The notes under the pieces are model-generated. The model ran no database searches, had not been told where the DNA came from, and saw only the letters and a program-made list of their open reading frames with translations. From assembly GCF_003324675.1 (NCBI RefSeq), contig NZ_CP030918.1, forward strand, positions 3,210,001-3,242,000: a stretch of 32,000 nt of DNA. Reading direction: 5' to 3'. This document shows, piece after piece, positions 26,407-32,000 of the stretch. The stretch's first letter is position 1; every line of letters starts with the position of its first letter. A program made the position numbers and the translations under genes. Origin of the DNA: Paracoccus suum. GTDB lineage: Bacteria; Pseudomonadota; Alphaproteobacteria; Rhodobacterales; Rhodobacteraceae.

Positions 26407-27048
26407 TTAACCGCCGCCGCTCATCGCGGCATTCACTGCCAGCGCGATCAGCACGGTGTTATAGAGGAACGAAAGCACCGCCTGCATCAGCGTCAGGCGG
26501 CGCATGTCCGCACTGGTCACCGCGACGTCGGATGTCTGGGCGGTCATGGCGACTGTAAAGCTGTAGTAAAAGAACTCGATCAGGCCCGGACGCGGGCAAT
26601 TCTCTCCGAAATCGAGGCCGCCACCGCTGCCCTCGGCATTCTCGTCCGGATCGTCACCGGGCGCGTACCAGAGGTGAGAGTAGCGAAAGGTGAACAGGGT
26701 GTGGACCGCCACCCATCCCAGCGGGACCGAGATCAGCGGCGCGAAACGCGCCCAATTACTCGCGTCCGAGGAGGCGAGCGCCTCGAAGATCGCGACCAGG
26801 CTGATGGCGACCGCGCAGAGGGCGATCACCATGATGATGCCGATACCCTCGTCCTCGGCGCGGGCGTGCTCGGCCAGGTCATCCGGGGTCAAGTGCCGCG
26901 CCATCAGCCAGGTGGTCAAAAGGTAAAAGGCGAACAGAACATCCGCGCCGATCATCAGCCGGTGGATCAGCGTTCCCGGGATCGCCAGCGCCGCCACCGC
27001 GCCGAGCAGGAGCCCGACCAGAAACCGCCCGTGCCGCTTGAAATTCAC
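26407..27048 (-). CDS. DUF1345-family integral membrane protein
   Basis: Part of ORF 26407..27180(-); the likely GTG start is at 27048 (VNFKRHGRFLVGLLLGAVAAL...). The upstream portion of the ORF overlaps the TraB-family gene and is Arg/Cys-rich. The motif FTFRYSHLWY...FFYYSFTVAMTAQTSD is typical of DUF1345, as recalled. Confidence 0.65.
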   Translation of the reverse strand: MNFKRHGRFLVGLLLGAVAALAIPGTLIHRLMIGADVLFAFYLLTTWLMARHLTPDDLAEHARAEDEGIGIIMVIALCAVAISLVAIFEALASSDASNWARFAPLISVPLGWVAVHTLFTFRYSHLWYAPGDDPDENAEGSGGGLDFGENCPRPGLIEFFYYSFTVAMTAQTSDVAVTSADMRRLTLMQAVLSFLYNTVLIALAVNAAMSGGG

Positions 27049-27076
27049 TGTCGCCTGCCTTCTCGCCCTGCTCGCA

Positions 27077-28123
27077 TCACGACGCGGTTGTCTTGAGGGG
27101 TGTGATGGTCCAGCCGTCCGCCTGCAGCAGGTTGAGCAGTCCGGCCTCCCCCGGCAGATGCAAAGCGCCAAATCCGGCAACCACCGCCTTGCCCTGGTGA
27201 GCGGCCTTTTCCGCTGCCGCGGTCAGGGGCACCAGCCAGGCGTGATTGCGCCGGTCCATCAGTTGTCGACGCGAAAGTTCAGTCATCTTGTCGACCTCGG
27301 CCCGGGTCAGTCCGGAGTTGGCATAGGCATCGGTCCGCCCAAACTCCCACAACTGCCAAACGTTTCCGGAAAAATAGGCCTCGGTCAGGGTGGTGGCGTA
27401 GTCGTCTGCCATCTCGGCCTGTGGCAGGGCGGCGCGCAGCATGTCCAGTTCCTCTTCCGGGGCCATGCCGGCAAAGACAGAAAACAGCGTGTCCCACGGC
27501 TCGATGGCGCGCACGGGCGTTCCTGCTTTCCGTGCCAGAGCAATCAGTTGGTGGTCGAGGCCATCTGTCTCGCCCTTGTTCGTGGCTGTCTGACGCAGCA
27601 TGCAGGGCGAGAGGCCGAGCATGGTTGCAAGATACCACGGCCGCAGGTGGTCTGTCGTGCTGGGCGGGACGCCCCGCGCGGTCATAGCGGCGGACAGCCG
27701 TGACCAGTCGGCGGGCCCCAGCCGCTGGGACAGAGGCGGGCCGTCCGGGTCGGCCATGAGGGTCGGATCGCCGCGCAGGGCTTTTGCCAGCGCGGCCTCC
27801 TCGGCCGGGCCGGCCTCGACCAGCAGCACGGCGGCTTTGGCGATGTCGGGGGAAAACCGGGCCAAGGTGCGCTGATGGCGCTGGTCGGCGAAATGATAGG
27901 TCCCGATCAGGATGATGCGGGCGTCACCCTTTTGCGCCTGCCAGAACAGACCCTTGGCGAAGGGCACGTCGGCCACCCGAGCCTGCATCGCCGCCAGGTC
28001 GGCGGCCGGCAACGCGGCCATCAGATCCCGGCCCCGGCAGGCCTCGGCCGCGGCATGGGCGGTCGGGGCCAGCGACAGGATGGAGAGGGACAACGCCAGC
28101 GTTCGGACAATCTTATGCAGCAT
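27077..28123 (-). CDS. Secreted TraB/GumN (Tiki-like) family protein
   Basis: Internal ATG of ORF 27077..28645(-), with a GGAGG RBS 6 nt upstream. It has a signal peptide (MLHKIVRTLALSLSILSLAPTAHAAAEA), a GTYHF motif near the N-terminus, and GFGALHLPGEAGLLNLL near the C-terminus. Confidence 0.8.
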   Translation of the reverse strand: MLHKIVRTLALSLSILSLAPTAHAAAEACRGRDLMAALPAADLAAMQARVADVPFAKGLFWQAQKGDARIILIGTYHFADQRHQRTLARFSPDIAKAAVLLVEAGPAEEAALAKALRGDPTLMADPDGPPLSQRLGPADWSRLSAAMTARGVPPSTTDHLRPWYLATMLGLSPCMLRQTATNKGETDGLDHQLIALARKAGTPVRAIEPWDTLFSVFAGMAPEEELDMLRAALPQAEMADDYATTLTEAYFSGNVWQLWEFGRTDAYANSGLTRAEVDKMTELSRRQLMDRRNHAWLVPLTAAAEKAAHQGKAVVAGFGALHLPGEAGLLNLLQADGWTITPLKTTAS

Positions 28124-28222
28124 CCAGCGCCTCCGTTGATGACCCGCGGACCCTGCCATGGGCGCGCGCCGGCCCCAACCCCCTGATGCGCCAAATGCCG
28201 CGCGCAATCGCGCACCACGACG

Positions 28223-28250
28223 TTGACAGGCACCCGGTCCGCGCCTAGAT
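28223..28250 (+). promoter_or_regulatory. groESL promoter (TTGACA-N16-CTAGAT; the -10 region CCTAGAT also resembles alphaproteobacterial RpoH-type CYTATNT)
   Basis: TTGACA at 28223-28228 and CCTAGAT at 28244-28250. It lies immediately upstream of the CIRCE element. Confidence 0.5.
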
Positions 28251-28258
28251 GACCGGCA

Positions 28259-28285
28259 TTGGCACTCGCCCCCCGTGAGTGCCAA
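28259..28285 (+). promoter_or_regulatory. CIRCE inverted repeat (HrcA operator)
   Basis: TTGGCACTC-N9-GAGTGCCAA against the consensus TTAGCACTC-N9-GAGTGCTAA. It lies 40 nt upstream of the groES ATG. Confidence 0.92.
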
Positions 28286-28324
28286 GCAGCAGACACTGCA
28301 ACCATTCACACGGAGTGTTCCGCA

Positions 28325-28612
28325 ATGGCGTTCAAACCCCTGCATGATCGAGTCCTGGTCCGTCGCGTCCAGTCCGAGGAAAAGACCAAGGGCGGGCTGA
28401 TCATCCCCGACACCGCAAAAGAAAAGCCCGCCGAGGGCGAGATCGTTGCCGTCGGCGAGGGCGCGCGCAAGGATTCGGGCGAGCTGATCGCACCGTCGGT
28501 GAAGGCTGGCGACCGCATCCTGTTCGGCAAGTGGTCGGGCACCGAAGTGACGCTCGACGGCGAAGAGCTGATCATCATGAAGGAAAGCGACATCCTCGGG
28601 ATCACCGGCTGA
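28325..28612 (+). CDS. groES: Co-chaperonin GroES
   Basis: Internal ATG of ORF 28259..28612(+): [35 protein letters not shown]... Confidence 0.98.
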   Translation: MAFKPLHDRVLVRRVQSEEKTKGGLIIPDTAKEKPAEGEIVAVGEGARKDSGELIAPSVKAGDRILFGKWSGTEVTLDGEELIIMKESDILGITG

Positions 28613-28656
28613 TCCCTCGCAGGTTTCGCAACAACCCTTTGACAAGGAAAAGATAA

Positions 28657-30309
<1,653 letters not shown>

Positions 30310-30353
30310 TCTGCCCAGAGCAGGTCACGGTCCATCCGTTTCCCCCGACAACG

Positions 30354-30384
30354 AAGGGCGCCCCGCGGGGCGCCCTTTTTGTTT
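30354..30384 (+). terminator. Rho-independent terminator of groESL
   Basis: AAGGGCGCCCC/GGGGCGCCCTT stem followed by TTTTTGTTT. Confidence 0.85.
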
Positions 30385-30460
30385 GGCGAGGGGAAGTTTC
30401 AGGAGGTGAGTCCCATGTCCTGGATAGATGCAGCTTCAAAAGTGAGCGCGTGACGCAGCG

Positions 30461-31024
30461 TCAGGCGCGCTCGGAGTATTCGAACGTCTCGGTGTTCACG
30501 ACGATGCGCTCCTCAGCGCCGACGAAGGGCGGGATCATGACCCGCAGGCCGTTGTCGAGGATCGCCGGCTTGTAGCTTTTGGATGCGGTCTGGCCGTTCA
30601 CCACCGGCTCGGTCTCGGCCACCTTGCAGGTCACCTTTTGCGGGATGGTCACCGCCAGCGGCTCCTCGCCGTAATAACGCACCGCTGCCGTCATGCCGTC
30701 CTGCAGGAAGGGGCGGCGATCGCCCAACAGATCGGCGTCCAGTTCGATCTGCTCGAAGCTTTCGCTGTCCATGAACACCAGCTTGCCGTCACTCTCATAC
30801 AGGAACTGCTGGTCCTTCATCTCGAGATAGACCTCGTCGACCTTGTCCTCGCTGCGAAAACGCTCGTTCAGCTTGCGACCGTCCCGCAGGTTTTTCAGTT
30901 CGACCTGGGCAAAGGCGCCCCCCTTGCCGGGTTTGACGTGGTTTACCTTCACGGCAGCCCACAAACCGCCGTCGTGGTCGATAATGCTGCCGGGACGGAT
31001 CTCGTTGCCATTGATCTTGGCCAT
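30461..31024 (-). CDS. efp: Elongation factor P
   Basis: Internal ATG of ORF 30461..31165(-): [46 protein letters not shown]..., 187 aa. Confidence 0.97.
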   Translation of the reverse strand: MAKINGNEIRPGSIIDHDGGLWAAVKVNHVKPGKGGAFAQVELKNLRDGRKLNERFRSEDKVDEVYLEMKDQQFLYESDGKLVFMDSESFEQIELDADLLGDRRPFLQDGMTAAVRYYGEEPLAVTIPQKVTCKVAETEPVVNGQTASKSYKPAILDNGLRVMIPPFVGAEERIVVNTETFEYSERA

Positions 31025-31144
31025 CTCAATACCTTGATAGAGGGGTGTGAGCCGCGGTGGCGGCATGTGTTGCGAGGGGGCGTTAGCCGTCCCGGTGCGC
31101 CCTGGCAAGCGCAGCTTGCGGCGAAATGTCAAGGTGGCCATTGG

Positions 31145-31169
31145 GGAACCGGAGGTGTCGCCCACCGTT
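31145..31169 (+). promoter_or_regulatory. Candidate EcfG-type general-stress promoter, exact GGAAC-N16-CGTT
   Basis: TTGGGGAAC (31141-31149), a 16-nt spacer, then CGTT (31166-31169). It is on the same strand as, and 192 nt upstream of, the orphan ORF at 31361. Confidence 0.45.
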
Positions 31170-31360
31170 CACAATAGGCCGTTAGGCCTATGAAATGACT
31201 GCAACGCGTTAGCAATGCACAGGGCGCATGGCGGACATGAGCCGCAGACCATACCGAATCGCGGCTGTGCGGCGTATCCGTCCAGCACCCCCCGCGCTGA
31301 GGGTATTTGATCGGGGAGGTGACCCCGCACCCGGACGATCCCGGGTGAGTGAGCAGGAAG

Positions 31361-31693
31361 ATGTTTATGCGTGATTTCGTGGATGGTTCGGCGTTCAATT
31401 TCGAACAGGGTCAGCGCGCCCGCAAGCTGTTTGCCGCCGTCGTCCTTGCGGCGCTGGACGACGCGATTGCGGATGACAAGAAATACGGCAACGGCCCCGA
31501 GCAGATCGCCCGCTGGGCGCGCTCGCGCGACGGCCGCGAAGTGCTGTCCTGCGCTGGCATCGACCCCAACGAACGCGTTGTCAAAGGCCTGATGGAATTT
31601 GTGTCCAAGGGCGTGCGCACCTCGGTCGCGCTCTCGCGCGAGGAGAGCGAGCGCCGCATGGCCGCCGAGGCCGAGGAAGCCGAAGCCGCCTGA
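31361..31693 (+). CDS. Hypothetical soluble protein (110 aa), family not recognised
   Basis: ORF 31349..31693(+); the preferred ATG is at 31361, directly after AGGAAG. GC3-rich codons, charged residues and a C-terminal acidic/Ala tail are consistent with coding. A terminator follows. Confidence 0.6.
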   Translation: MFMRDFVDGSAFNFEQGQRARKLFAAVVLAALDDAIADDKKYGNGPEQIARWARSRDGREVLSCAGIDPNERVVKGLMEFVSKGVRTSVALSREESERRMAAEAEEAEAA

Positions 31694-31713
31694 TCAATTC
31701 ACGACAGAGCGCA

Positions 31714-31745
31714 AAAGGCCGCCCGTCGGGCGGCCTTTGTCGTTT
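31714..31745. terminator. Bidirectional rho-independent terminator
   Basis: AAAGGCCGCCC-GTC-GGGCGGCCTTT stem. It is flanked by TTTGTCGTTT on the + strand and by a run of A (T on the - strand) at 31713-31716. It sits between convergent genes. Confidence 0.8.
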
Positions 31746-31756
31746 GCGGGCATGGC

Positions 31757-32000
31757 TTAAGCAAGGCCCTGCGCCGCGGCCTCGATGCCGGCCATCGCGG
31801 TGCGGTATGGGGCCGGGCCAAAGCTGATGCGGCCGACCCCGAGGCGCGCGACCGCGCCGACGTCGGCCGGGTCGGAAAGCATGATGTTCACCGGCAGTGC
31901 GACCCGCTTGCAGAGCTCGGTGACCAGACCGGGCTCACGCAGACCCGGCGCAAAGAAGCCGTCGGCACCGGCTGCGGCATAGACGGCTGCCCGCTGCACA
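31757..32000 (-). CDS. Isocitrate lyase/PEP mutase family protein, C-terminal fragment (5' end outside the window)
   Basis: ORF 31757..31999(-): ...YAAAGADGFFAPGLREPGLVTELCKRVALPVNIML...ISFGPAPYRTAMAGI. This resembles the C-terminal part of the PEP mutase/methylisocitrate-lyase-like TIM barrel. Confidence 0.55.
   Translation of the reverse strand, partial: VQRAAVYAAAGADGFFAPGLREPGLVTELCKRVALPVNIMLSDPADVGAVARLGVGRISFGPAPYRTAMAGIEAAAQGLA

Overview
High-GC alphaproteobacterial chromosome segment. Protein sequences and synteny look Rhodobacterales-like (Paracoccus/Rhodobacter type), but this is inference only. About 30 tightly packed genes, mostly core housekeeping: glcE/glcD, polA, radA-cvpA-purF, ftsY, xseA, purD, prs, a ppaC-HAD-ribF-ycgN-ltaE cluster, groES/groEL with a CIRCE operator, and efp. 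Accessory-looking genes are interspersed: an ECF sigma/NrsF anti-sigma pair, lrgAB, DUF599, a dehalogenase-like hydrolase, a secreted PRC-barrel repeat protein, an HCCA-isomerase-like/hydrolase pair, a secreted TraB/GumN (Tiki-like) protein with a DUF1345 protein, and two small orphan ORFs. I saw no tRNA/rRNA, CRISPR array, IS/transposase/integrase or phage module. I did not find a convincing novel multi-gene system, and the window is largely ordinary. The points most worth a second look are regulatory. Two TTGGGGAAC...CGTT (EcfG/general-stress-type) promoter candidates lie upstream of the PRC-barrel gene and of an orphan 110-aa ORF; the second is followed by a ~185-nt hairpin-rich leader. A SigF/ECF16-type autoregulatory promoter sits almost on the sigma gene's start codon. 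An unassigned promoter plus a ~220-nt structured leader precede a Pro/Lys-rich 65-aa ORF. The ppaC-HAD-ribF-ycgN-ltaE arrangement suggests a flavin-cofactor module. The many long ORFs antisense to real genes are high-GC artefacts.
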